Shown: piece by piece, positions 12,871-24,456 of the stretch
How positions within the stretch are numbered: the first letter of the stretch is position 1
Layout of the letters: every line of letters begins with the position of its first letter
DNA from: Psammoneis japonica
Lineage: Eukaryota
Length of the DNA stretch: 64,000 nt
Direction of reading: 5' to 3'
Assembly (NCBI GenBank): GCA_008632985.1
Contig: QPGO01000038.1
Location: forward strand, 25,939 to 89,938
Notes under the pieces: generated by a model
Told to the model about the DNA's origin: nothing
The model's input: the letters and a program-made list of their open reading frames with translations, nothing else
Databases searched by the model: none
Program-made: the position numbers and the translations under genes

Positions 12871-14300
12871 ACAAACATGTCTTTTCAAGGAAAACAATCA
12901 TGTCTTTTCAAGGAAAACAAGCATGTCTTTTCAAGGAAAACAGTCATGTCGTTTCAAGGAAAACAAGCACGTCATTTCAAGGAAAACAAACATGCATTTT
13001 CAAGCTGCAATGAAAACAAACATGTCTTTTCAATTAAAACAAACGTGTCGTTTGAAGAAAGGAAAACAAACATGTTGTTTCATGACATGTTCTTTCAAGG
13101 AAAACAAACATGTCATTTCAAGGAAAACAAACATGTTCTTTCAAGGAAAACAAACATGTCTTTTCAAGAAAAACAAACGTGTCGTTTCAAGGAAAACAAA
13201 CACGTCATTTCAAGGAAAACAAACATGTCATTTCAAGGAAAACAAACATGTCATTTCAAGGAAAACAAACATGTCATTTCAAGGAAAACAAACATGTCCT
13301 TTCAAGGAAAACAAACATGTCCTTTCAAGGAAAACAAACATGTCATTTCAAGGAAAACAAGCATGTCTTTTCAAAGAAAACAAACATGTCTTTTCAAGGA
13401 AAAAAACACGTCATTTCAAGGAAAACAAACACGTCTTTTCAAGGAAAACAAACACATCTTTTCAAGGAAAACAAACATGTCTTTTTCAGGAAAACAAACA
13501 TGCTGCACCAAGGAAAACAAACATGTCCTTTCAAGGAAAACAAACATGTCTTTCAAGGAAAACAAACGTGTTGTTTCAAGGAAGGAAAAAAACAAAATCT
13601 TTCAAGGAACACAAACATGTCTTTTTAATTTGCAAGGAAAACAAACATGTCATTTTAAAGAAAACAAACGTGTCTTTTCAAGGAAAACAAGCGTGTCGTT
13701 CCAATGAAAACAAACATGTTGTTTCAAGGAAAAAAAACATGTCGTTTCAAGGAAAACAAACATGTCTTTTCAAGGAAAACAAAAGTGTTGTTTCAAGGAA
13801 GGAAAACAAACAACTTCTTTCAAGGAAAACAAGAAACATGTCTTTTTAAATTGCAAGGAAAACAAACATGTCTTTTCAAGGAAAACAAACATGTTGTTTC
13901 AAGGAAAACAAACATGTCGTTTCAAAGAAAACAAATGTGTTGTTTCAAGGAAAACAAACATGTCGTTTCAAAGAAAACAAACACGTTGGTTCAAAGAAAA
14001 CAAACATGTCTTTTCAAGCAAAACAAAAGTGTTGTTTCAAGGAAGGAAAACAAACAAGTTCTTTCAACGAAATTGGAAAACAAACATGTCTTTTCAAGGA
14101 AAACAAACATGTTGTTTCAAGGAAAACAAACACGTCATTTCAAGGAAAACAAACATGTTGTTTCAAGGAAAACAAACACATCATTTCAAGGAAAACAAGC
14201 ACATCATTTCAAGGAAAAAAACATGTTCTTTCAAGACATGTTCTTTCAAGGAAAACAAACATGTCATTTCAAAGAAAACAAACAAAGGAAAACAAACACA
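12871..14300 (+). repeat. 23-bp satellite array
   Basis: Tandem units. Confidence 0.92.
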
Positions 14301-14305
14301 CACTG

Positions 14306-16335
14306 GATTTGATCCGAAGGAACCAGTGAATGATGAATCTGGTTTTAATTTGAACGCGGGCTGGACCGAGTTTTACGGGGACATTGAGGAGGAGCTGCCG
14401 CCATGGGCACCAAAGCCTCGTGGCAACCCGACAAACATCCACGCTTTTGTTGACGCTGACCATGCAGGGAATGTCGTCACTCGCAGGTTGCATGGCGGAA
14501 TTCTGATGTTTGTCAATGAAGCGCCAGTGACATGGTTCAGCAAGCGGCAGAACACGGTGGAATTGGCGATGTTTGGAAGTGAGTTGGCTGCGATGCGGAC
14601 TTGCAAGGAGTTGATTGTCACTTTGCGTTGCAAGCTTCGCATGTTTGGAGCTCCCCTTGAAGGACCGGCAAGCATCTTTTGTGATGATCGTGGTGTTGTG
14701 AAGAATGTGAGTGTGCCTGAGTCGGTTTTGCGTGAGAAGCACAATGCCATCAACCGCCATGTTGCGCGAGAAGCGGTCGCAGCAGGAACTTTTTGTGTTG
14801 GCAAGGAGGACACAGAAACAATCTTGGCAGATCCACTCACAAAAATGGTCACAGGAGAGCGGCGATGGAAGCTTTGCTCATGTGTCTTTTGGCAATGTTC
14901 CGACACCAAGGCCAGGCACCTGTGGCTTGTGCCCACGTGTCTCGGCCTCCCAAGCCAGCATGTCTGGTGGCTTAATTTGGGTTTTGTGGTTTGCCTCTCT
15001 GTGAGAGGATGTTGCAGGTTTAGACGAATCGGCACTGTCATTGCCGTTTCGTGGGGACCAAGCGAGTCTGGATGGAGAAGCAAGAGAGGACAATGTTGTG
15101 ATCGGTGGCTGGTTGGCACATGTGAGTCGAGTGGTGTTCCAGCAACACACTCACAATCCAATCAGGTTTGGGCTCAAGTTGACAGTGTTGTGACTTTCCA
15201 TCAGACGCAAGGCATCGTGCTTGTCCTTTCGTTGCATTGAGATTCACTCGGTTGCAAGGAAAACAAGGCCTGTTCCAGCTCCAGGTGCTCCGCGCGGGTT
15301 CGATTCCCATCATTTGGAAATTTGTGCATTTGGCGCAGTTGACTTTTTCCAAATCCGTTTTTTGCCAAATCGAATGGTGAGTGTGCACTTTGCATGCATT
15401 TTTGGGTGTGCACTCACCTTTCGATTTTCGAAACGATCAAAATTGAAGGAGTCAATTGCGCCAAACTGCGCAGAAAATCGGCCTCTCAAGTGATAAAAAG
15501 CAGATCACCTGGAGCTGGAACAGGCCACAAACATGTCTTTTCAAGGAAAACAATCATGTTTTTTCAAGGAAAACAACATGTCTTTTCAAGGAAAACAGTC
15601 ATGTTGTTTCAAGGAAAACAAGCACGTCGTTTCAAGGAAAACAAACATGCATTTTTGAGCTGCAATGAAAACAAACATGTCTTTTCAATGAAAACAAACG
15701 TGTCGTTTCAAGAAAGGAAAACAAACATGTTGTTTCAAGACATGTTCTTTCAAGGAAAACAAACACGTCATTTCAAGGAAAACAAACATGTTCTTTCAAG
15801 GAAAACAAGCATGTCTTTTCAAGAAAAACAAACGTGTCGTTTCAAGGAAAACAAACACGTCATTTCAAGGAAAACAAACATGTCATTTCAAGGAAACAAA
15901 CATGTTTTCAAGGAAAAAAACATTTTCAAGGAAACAAACATGTTTTTCAAGGAAAAAATTCTTCAAGGAAAACAAACATGTCTTTCAAGAAAACAAACAT
16001 GTCTTTTCCAAGAAAACAAACATGTCATTTCAAGGAAAACAAACATGTCATTTCAAGGAAAACAAACACGTCTTTTCAAGGAAAACAAACATGTCTTTTT
16101 GAGGAAAACAAGCACGTCCTTTCAAGGAAAACAAGCACGTTGTTTCCAGGAAGGAAAACAAACATGTTGTTTCAAGGAAGGAAAACAAACATGTTGTTTC
16201 AAGGAAAACAAACACGCTGTTTCAAGGAAAACAAACATGTTGTTTCAAGAAAAACAAACATGTCATTTCAAGGAAAACAACAAGGTTGTTTCAAGGAAAA
16301 CAAACAAGTTGTTCAAAGGAAAACAAACATGTTTT
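14306..16335 (+). repeat. Segmental unit, copy 3 (copia RNase H/3' end + MITE B + satellite 15527-16335)
   Basis: Colinear with 11649 onward. Confidence 0.85.
15267..15526. mobile_element. MITE family B copy (260 bp)
   Basis: Same TIRs, TSD and flanks as the other two copies. Confidence 0.92.
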
Positions 16336-16369
16336 TTTGCAGCCATCTTTTTGACTTTTTTGATGCCAG

Positions 16370-17260
16370 AGTGATTGGAGCTCATTTTGAACCCCCTGAC
16401 GGCCAATTTTGCTTCCGAGTCTGTGACCGAGGATGCACAGATGATGCGTCCAATCATGTCAATGACTTCCAAGCAAGTCCTCGACCTTTGGCGTTTGATC
16501 TGTCCTTTTTTTTGCAACAGGACAATCAACTCTGGTGTGATTTGCTGGGTGCAGCTGGGCATGAACTTGAGCTGCCAAGGTGTTCTTTCCACGCCATTGA
16601 GTGGGATTTCACTGAGTGCAGAGAGCCACGCATTCGCCCTCACCATGAAGACCTGGTTGTTGAAATCTTCTCTGCAGACAGGCCCAAGTCCCGCTCCAGC
16701 ACTCAACTCTCAGCTTGTGCTCTGCACAAAACCCTTGGACACTGCTTGGCTCCAATTGGTGCCCAGAAGACTCAGTTGGAGAAACTCCAACACAAGAGTG
16801 ACGCCGCAGCTCTTTTCCTTTGATCTTGTTCACTTGATCATGCAGAAACATGGAGATGCTGCCACGCATGTCATCTCTCCTTGATGACCTGTGTTCTCCC
16901 TGACTTGACCTTTCTCCCCAAACAGCTGCTCGCTGCTCAACAGAAAGCAATGCACAGGTCACATTTGTCAAATGTGAGTGCAGCTGAAACACAAAACAAC
17001 TCATCTTGTGTGGCCCACAAGCTCTTGGCGGCACCGGCTTTTGATCGCCAGACATCAAACAAGGAGCTGCTCAATTGCAAGTGCTGCTCAAGCATTCCAG
17101 AGGTGTCAGACATCTTCATCTGGGAGAGGATCAACCCCACAAATTGCCGCACATTGCAGTCTCATGGATCCAACTGAACTTGGGGACCGGTGCGAGTTTC
17201 TTGTGGGGCGCAGATGCTGTTCTCCTGCACATGGAATCGTGTTGGTTTGCTTCCGTCAGT
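16370..17260 (+). mobile_element. Degenerate non-LTR retrotransposon RT C-terminal fragment
   Basis: GAHFEPPDG..GCTDD (degenerate G[FY]xDD RT motif)..QLWCDLLGAAGHELELPRCSFH..HKTLG. Confidence 0.7.
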
Positions 17261-17261
17261 G

Positions 17262-17430
17262 ACAAACAAGTTGTTTCAAGGAAAACAAACATGCTCTTTT
17301 GAGGAAAACAAGTGTGTCATTTCAAGGAAAACAAACATGTTCTTTCAAGGAAAACAAACAAGTGGTTTCAAGGAAAACAAATGTGCCCTTTCAAGGAAAA
17401 CAACATGTCTTTTCAAGGAAAACAAATGTG
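17262..17430 (+). repeat. 23-bp satellite, short array
   Basis: Tandem units. Confidence 0.85.
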
Positions 17431-19099
17431 TTGGTTCCACCAGTGGCACGGTGTCAACGCATCAACTACAACATCCGTTCTGCCACAGCTTGACAAGTGA
17501 CCTGCAGCTCCACCATGGCTTCCATTGTCCAGAAAGATTTGTTGCTGGCGCGCTGGCCTGACGACTGCTGGATGAAACTGGCTGAGGTGAAGAGTCTGAA
17601 ACAAGAAACAAGAGAAGAAAAGATGGAGGTGGACTGCAGCACAGCCAGAAAAAGAGCCAATTTGATGGTTGGGCATGGGGAGGAAGGAACCATCCAAGGA
17701 CCCCTGCTTGTGAAGAGACTGCATGGACATGCGTCATTTAGTTGGCTCACGCAGCAAGGTCACATGCGGTGACTTGGGCGATGAGCCCATGGATGTCGTT
17801 GCAATTTGGGAGATTCATTTGAAAAGCATGGAGAGGGATGAACAAACCATCAAGGAGAAATGGAAGGAACTGTGGGAAACCAAATGCAACATCATGAGCC
17901 GGGTGCATGAGAACATGCATGGACAGACCATGGAAGCAAGGGAATGCATGCACGCTGCCCAGGCCATGTTCTCCATTCATGACAAGGACGAGCAATCAAG
18001 TTTGATCATCAAGCAAGCAAGGGATGCTCACAAAACATGGCAGCATTGGAGCTCAACAGCAGCGCACCCAGACAGGGGAGAACAGCATTGTGAAAGCAGT
18101 TGGTCAAACGACCCAAGCGATGAGCTGTTTGATCTTTTGGCAGCTGGATCAAGGGATGGCGAGCTTCATCTGGCAATTGACAAGCAAGATGTTGATGCAT
18201 TGAGAGAGGAATCAACCATCAGCTTGCCCACATGTGGAATGGACCAAAGCAGGAGATGTGGACCGCTTGCACTGGACAATGGTTTGGGAGGTGTGCACTC
18301 ACTGGCCATGGACAGAAAGGGCGTCGTGTTTGATGCCAGGAAGCTGGTGCATTTTTTCGAGTGACAAGTCCAGCGAGACACACCTTGCAGGTTGTGGTGG
18401 TGCGACAAATTGGAGTTCTTTGAGTTGACACCAGGGATGGCCAACGGTTGGATCTTGGAAATCATCAAGAAAATGGATTTGGGTGGGGGTTCCAACTGTC
18501 ATTGTGATGATAAAAAGGAGAGGAAACAACGGAGACAACATCTAAAAATGAAGAAAGAAAAGATCCATCATCATCACATTGAGCATTTCGTTGGCTGTGT
18601 TTGTGAGGTGACAAGCGCGTTTGATCACATGACTGATTGCTCACATGAGGGGAGGCACAGTGATTTTGTCATTGTCCATTTAGAGGAGGATGCAATGGAA
18701 GAAGTGTGTCAGAGATCAATTTTGGCGCCGAGCATCTGTCAGGGGTTAAGAGCACATGGAGCATGGGTGCAAACTTCAGCCCTGTGGGGATCAATGTTCA
18801 TGCACAATTCTGTGCAATTCAAAGTTTCAAATGCAATGATCAAGTTGCACATCAAATTTGTCATTGACAGTTGAAATTGTGATGTTGGGTTGAATGTTTT
18901 GTCTCTTGAACTGAAATGAACACAACCAAGGATGTGGTCTTCAAAGTCAAACGATGAATGTTGCCAACTGTGATTGTAGGGAATGATGTGACAGCCAATG
19001 ATGCACGAGGAAGGGGAGGCAGTGTCGCCATCAGAGTGTTGGGAAACAGGTTTGAAATTTTGTCAAGACGGTCTTCCTCTGAAGAGCTGTTGCACTGCA

Positions 19100-20340
19100 C
19101 ATTGTGGAAGCTGGAGGAACTGACGGCAACACAATGAGATGAGGGCAATGGGAAGGAGGAAGAAAGTGGCAAAGAAGGATGCTGCAGGGGCAGAGGGAGT
19201 GCCAAACAGCCCGAGGCTTGCAGCAGCATTGCAGCGGTCGGGGGCTGCTGCTGATCACCAGTCGCTGAAGAGAGAGGTGGAAGAGGTTGCATGGAGAGAG
19301 CTGTCCCAAAGGCAAAATTCCTTGTGAAGGCGGACATGGCGAGTGGCGGCAAGGTGTCATGGCTGGTGCACAAAAACATGGCAGATGGCAAGTTCAGCAA
19401 GCCCAAACGGGTGAGATCGTGGGAGGACTGGGCCAAAAAAGCGTGCTCAATGCGAACAACGTGAAAAGAAACACCGTGTGTCAGATGACAATGAGGAGTG
19501 CAATGAGCAGTGAGTGAGGTGGAGTGGGGCATTTCCGAAGTGGAAACAGGTGTGGTGCTGCTGATGAATTTCTCGCTTCGCTGCAGTCATCACAACAGAA
19601 AAACAAGCAGGGGAAATCCGCGACAAAAGAAGAAAGAAGCAAGGAAGAAGAAATCCGGAAAGAAGTGGAAAAAGGATGAAGCTGACATTGAAGAAGAGTT
19701 CATTGCGACTTGGGAGGATGGGACGGTGGGCACAATTGTGTTTGAGAAGCAAAAGAACAGGGAGGCGCGCGCACGGTTCTATGACAACATCCTAAAATTC
19801 ACAAAGAGCGCTGCAATGTGGAGGAGGATGGCAGAGTCCGGCAGCACCAAGGCCACAGATCTGGCCACTGCAAGCGACGAGGCACTGGCCCTGTTGATGA
19901 TGGAAAACTGCTGGAAAGTTTGGGAGTGCAAGAAAGTGCAGGAGGGAAATGATGGGGGGAGCGAAGAGGGGAAACTGGCTCCATTGCACACAGACCCATT
20001 GCGACAGCGTGACTCTTGGAAGGATGAAGGAACAGTGCACTTCAATGAACTGCCAAAGGAGGCAAAGGAAGACAGGGCAAGTGAGCAGGGTGTGCATTTC
20101 GACACGTGGCACACAGACAAAAAGAAAAAGGAGAGCAAAGAAAAAGGGAAAAAAAGGGAAGAAACACTCAAGAACCGGCAAAAACAAAGACAAGAAAGCA
20201 AGCAACAACAGAGCTTTCCAGTGACGATGAGGAGGGCGACAAAGCAATGGATGCACCAGGTGGCAAAGGAGATGAGGAGGAAGACGCAGCTGGCCAGGAA
20301 GACAGTGATGAAAGCGATGGAACCAAGACTCCAGCATGAG
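19100..20340 (+). pseudogene. Degenerate transposon-associated accessory ORF
   Basis: SDEALALLMMENCWKVW..LHTD..SWKDEGTVHFNEL..KEDR and acidic tail; homologous to 21.8-23.1 kb; frameshifted and TA-depleted. Confidence 0.55.
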
Positions 20341-20730
20341 CAAATTGGAAATGCAGGACAACCAGGACCGCAGCATCAACTTGGCATTTGTTGACAATGA
20401 ATGTCAAAAAGCCGCAGCGATGTGTCATTGTTGATTGCAAAGAGTGGACTGAATTCATTGTGTTTGTCACTTCAAACAATGAAGCAAGCACACAACGTGA
20501 AAATTGTCAACGACATTGATTGTCAGCTGTTGCAGTGAACAAAGGCACATGCCAAATGGGAAAAGAGGGGGGCGCTCACACAGTTAAAGTTGTTTTGTTG
20601 CAGACAAAAAGAGGTCTCCACAGTTGAAAAAAATCACCCATCACAGATTAAAATTTGTTGCCAGCTGCACAACTGACAAGGTTTGAAACCATGAAAATTT
20701 CATCTGTCAAAGAAATGAAAATCACAATGA

Positions 20731-21495
20731 AAAGGCAAGGCTGGATCACCATGTTGCACCCTCTGATGGACCCCGCAGCATCAAATTTTCTGGTGTCATC
20801 TGTGCTGCGTTCTGTGCTGTGATTTTGATTTGACAATCTTGTGAGCACCCCAAAGAACCATTTGCTTTGCTTTTTTCTTGGGATGACCAAAACCAAATTT
20901 GTCTTTTCTTTTCTGCAAAGGCTGCTGACTCATGATGCATTTCTTTAGGATCTGAGCCAACTTTTGCTCAACCAAGCACAAATGCTCCTGCATCGTGGTG
21001 CTGACCAAGACACCGTTGACCAAATCTGTGGTCAATTTGATCAGCTCCTCACAATGCCAACTTTGGACATGCCAACTTTTGAGCAAAGCTCAGCACACCA
21101 ACTTTCTGGCAAAACTTGGCATGCCAACTTTGGGGCAAAACTTGGCACACCAACTTTGAAGCAACACTTGGCATGCCAACTTTGAAGCAACACTTGGCAT
21201 GCCAACTTTGCTGCAAAACTTGGCATGCCAACTTTGAAGCAAAACTTGGCATGCCAACTTTGGAGCAAAACTTGGCACCCCAACTTTGGGGCTCAGCTTG
21301 GTTTTGCAATGGGATTCCCCAAAATTCCCTGGAATTGCCACCTTTTGCCATGCTTTTCCATGGGAAGCATGAGCTCCCGGGGAGTTGCCACAAATGCTGC
21401 CTTGTCATTGCACATGCTGTTTGAAGAATGACCATTGAGAGCTCAGTTTTGTTTGCTTGCCAAACATCTTGCATGCCAACTTGTGTTGACTTGTG
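20731..21495 (+). repeat. Dispersed repeat, copy 1 (copy 2 at 33927-34725)
   Basis: Direct alignment starting aaaggcaagg..ggatcaccatgttg. Confidence 0.88.
21054..21290. repeat. 26-bp tandem array with palindromic core TTGGCATGCCAA
   Basis: Unit ccaactttgaagcaacacttggcatg, roughly 9 copies. Confidence 0.88.
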
Positions 21496-21799
21496 CATCA
21501 GAGTGCACAAAATGTTAAAAATGTGTAGATTTGCATGATGGCAATTTGTCAAAATGTTGCAAAACATTGTTGTCACACAATGAAAGGCCAACCTCTGGTT
21601 GCAAGTTTGCTGCACCAATGTTGCAATGACTTGTTGAGAATTGTGCATGCCATTTTTCACTGTGTCCACATCGCCACATGTGCCTCCACCTTGTTGCCAC
21701 ACGCCAATGCGCGATTGCATTTCCACACAATCCTTGGTTTGTCAATTTTCACAAACATTGTTTTGAACAAGAAAAGCATTTCATCGGTCAAGTCAATCC

Positions 21800-23090
21800 C
21801 TTGTCATGTCTGCAGTGCAATGACCGAGTGCTGTGCAAACTGTGTGCACATTTTCTTGCTGCAACTCTCTCAAACTAAGCTGACGATCATCATCGGACTC
21901 GTCTCCATTGGACTCGTCTCCTCCATCGTCCGTTTTGCCTTTTGCGCCTTCCTCCTGCTCATCATCGTTGCCATTGTCGTCCCTGCTGCTCTCCACCATT
22001 GGGCTGTTCATTGCCTTCACCTCATCTGCATCACCGGCCGGTGCTTTCTTTTTCTTCTTTTTTGCTTCTCCGGACTTCTCGCACTTGCTTTTCTTGATCT
22101 CCGCGTGCCACTTTTCAAACTCCTTGCCCTCCTTGGAGTCTCTGTCTTTCATCACCTCTTCACATGAATCGTTGAACCGATTGATTCCGTTGTCTCCCCA
22201 AGACACTCATTGTTTCTTTGGCTTCGTGCACCAAGGGGCAGGCCTTGTTTCTTCAGGCTCCATTTCCTCACCCAATTCTTCCACCGCCTCCTCCTTGTTC
22301 CTGCATGCCCACACCTGCCAACAATTCTCCACAGCTGACAGCGCCAAAGCTTCGTCACCGACCGCAAACAACTGTGAGACCTGTGTGTTCCCAGTTTTGA
22401 CGGTGCTGCTCCATGCCTGCTTTTGCTTGGTTTGAGGCAGGATGTGATCACAGAACCACTTGCGCGCCTGCTTGTTCCTTCGTTTGCCGCCGGCGACAGT
22501 GTCCAGGCTGAACGGATCCCATGTCGGCACAAATGGGATGTCATTCTCTTCATTCTTGTCACGGCTTGACTTTTTCCCTTTCCTCCTGTCTGCCGCCTTG
22601 AGTTTCTTTTCTTTTTCCTTTCCCTCTTCCTCAGTGACAACGCCTGTGTAGATGAAGCATCACCGCCATCTTCTTGTGAGATGTGCACAACTCTCCCATC
22701 ACACACATTGGTCACTTGACTTGCGGGCCATTGCCTCCGCCCCAATGGCCGAAAGAACACACCGTGTTTCTGCAATTGTCAATTTGCCTTTTTGCTGCCT
22801 TTTTTGCCCATTCCTCCCAAGTTCCTGACCAATTTGAAGTGTCCATGTTGCCACCAGCAATCTGTTTCTTGACAAACATTGAGACGCTCCCATTGCTTGC
22901 CAACTCTGATGGACTGAGAAACTTCACCTGTGGAAAGAGATCATTTCCAGCCACCTTCTCTGCTTCTGATTTCAATGCACCATGCGCTGCCTGCTCACCT
23001 GTTCTCTTCAACACTGCCTGAAGTCTCAGGCTCATTGGCTCAACAGTCTCATTTTTCTTTCTCTTCTTTGCCGGTTGTGCTGGAGACGAC
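21800..23090 (-). pseudogene. Degenerate transposon accessory ORF, divergent from the Plavaka-like transposase
   Basis: LFPQVKF..GDEALALSAVENCWQVW..WCTK..SWGDNGINRFND..KDR; paralog of 19.1-20.3 kb. Confidence 0.55.
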
Positions 23091-23840
23091 ATCTTGATCT
23101 TTTCATGGCAACAATGAGAGGAGTGGCACTGTTCGACAGTGCAGCTGTCGTTTGGGTCGTGTTGAGACAGCCAGGCACTCCATTTTTCTCTGTGACATTG
23201 CACAAATTGTTGTCAGCAACATTGAAATTTGAAAACATGTTCATGTGCAACAACGAATGGTCCAACTTGCTTTTTGACATGGTTGTCATTGCGTTTGAAT
23301 GGAGATGACATCCTGCATTTTGACAGCAAATAAAAAGCGCAATGTTCATTGTGGATGCCAGATAAAAAATCAAAATGCAGGTGCGTCATGCCTGCAAGAA
23401 TCATCCCAATCTGGAAGACAATGCAATGTTTGCCAGTTTCCGCCATTTTTTGCGTGTTGTTCTTTTTTTCCCTTCTCATCCACAAGACAAGGACGACGAG
23501 CATGAGGCTTGATGAAGGCCCTGTCAACATTGTCTGATTTACAATGGATGGAAACCCTCTTCTCTTTCCCGGTTGTGGCCAAAGTTTTTTGCAAATGGCC
23601 TGCCATTGGAGACACTCGCCGACATGTTGCTCAGTTGCCCAAGAGTTGCAAACCCAAGATCCAATCCCAGATCAAAGCGACATTGCTGCCACAACAGAGG
23701 GGCCACCCAAAGAAAGTGGCAGTTCTTCCTCTTCGTCCTCTGATGATGACGAATCCCATCCGAGGCAATCAACTCGCAGCAGATTCCCAAGATCTTCAAT
23801 GAGTGATCGAGCAGCAGCCCTTTGTTCCCCTCCCCTGATG

Positions 23841-24236
23841 GACACGTTCCAGATGCAGGTGGGAATCCATGTGACATTGGGCCCGCAGACTTCTACGTGC
23901 GAGCTCCGCAGCAAAATTGTGCGGCAATTAAAATGTCAATGATCGCCAACAGAAAATGAGGCAATTTTGCGAATGCACAAACTCGCACATGATTGAAGTG
24001 CATCATTTTTTACTTGGCCAGTTACATTCTTCAGACATTGAAGAATGCAACTGGCGCATTGTTGTCTCCACAAATTTGTCATGTGAAACGTCTGGGGCTT
24101 CGCAAAACAGCGAGTCTGGACAATTTTTTTTAAATGTCACATGCAGAAATCCACGTGCGAAACATGCGACGGATGACAAAAATCATTGTTGTCACATGTC
24201 AGTGCTGCGAGCTCCCACCCAGGGCTGGAACGCGTT
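23841..24236. mobile_element. MITE family A subfamily 1 (396 bp), TSD GATG; inverted relative to 805-1200
   Basis: GACACGTTCCAG...CTGGAACGCGTT with GATG on both sides. Confidence 0.92.
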
Positions 24237-24456
24237 GATGACGCACTGCACGGAATGGATGACATGTCCTCCATTTCATCAAACCACAGCACGCAAGGAG
24301 CGGAACTTTTGGCAATGAACGATTTGGATGTTGGCAGTGTTCAATCCTTTGCTGCAGTGTTGGACGTGACAATGGAGGAGGAAGAGGACATCAACGATGA
24401 GGATCAATGTTCGGGGACCAGGCATGATGCTCCTGCAGAAGAGGCCTTGGCTTCTA

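Larger units (their letters stand above)
11649..14305 (+). repeat. ~2.66-kb segmental unit, copy 2 (copia RNase H/3' end + MITE B + satellite)
   Basis: Starts ggatttgatccgaaggaaccagtgaatg, as at 14306; the copia source sequence is at ~8817. Confidence 0.88.

Noticed and set aside
10609..16374. Long ORFs of FQGKQTC/FKENKHV/SRKTNM repeats, some fused to RNase H
   Set aside because: Translations of a stop-free 23-bp satellite in all three frames; not proteins.
17430..18900. Possible host gene (ORFs 17723-18364 and 18392-18874)
   Set aside because: TA-depleted and fragmented with no identifiable motif; probably a repeat remnant.
21054..21290. CRISPR-like palindromic repeat array
   Set aside because: No unique spacers, no cas genes, eukaryotic context.
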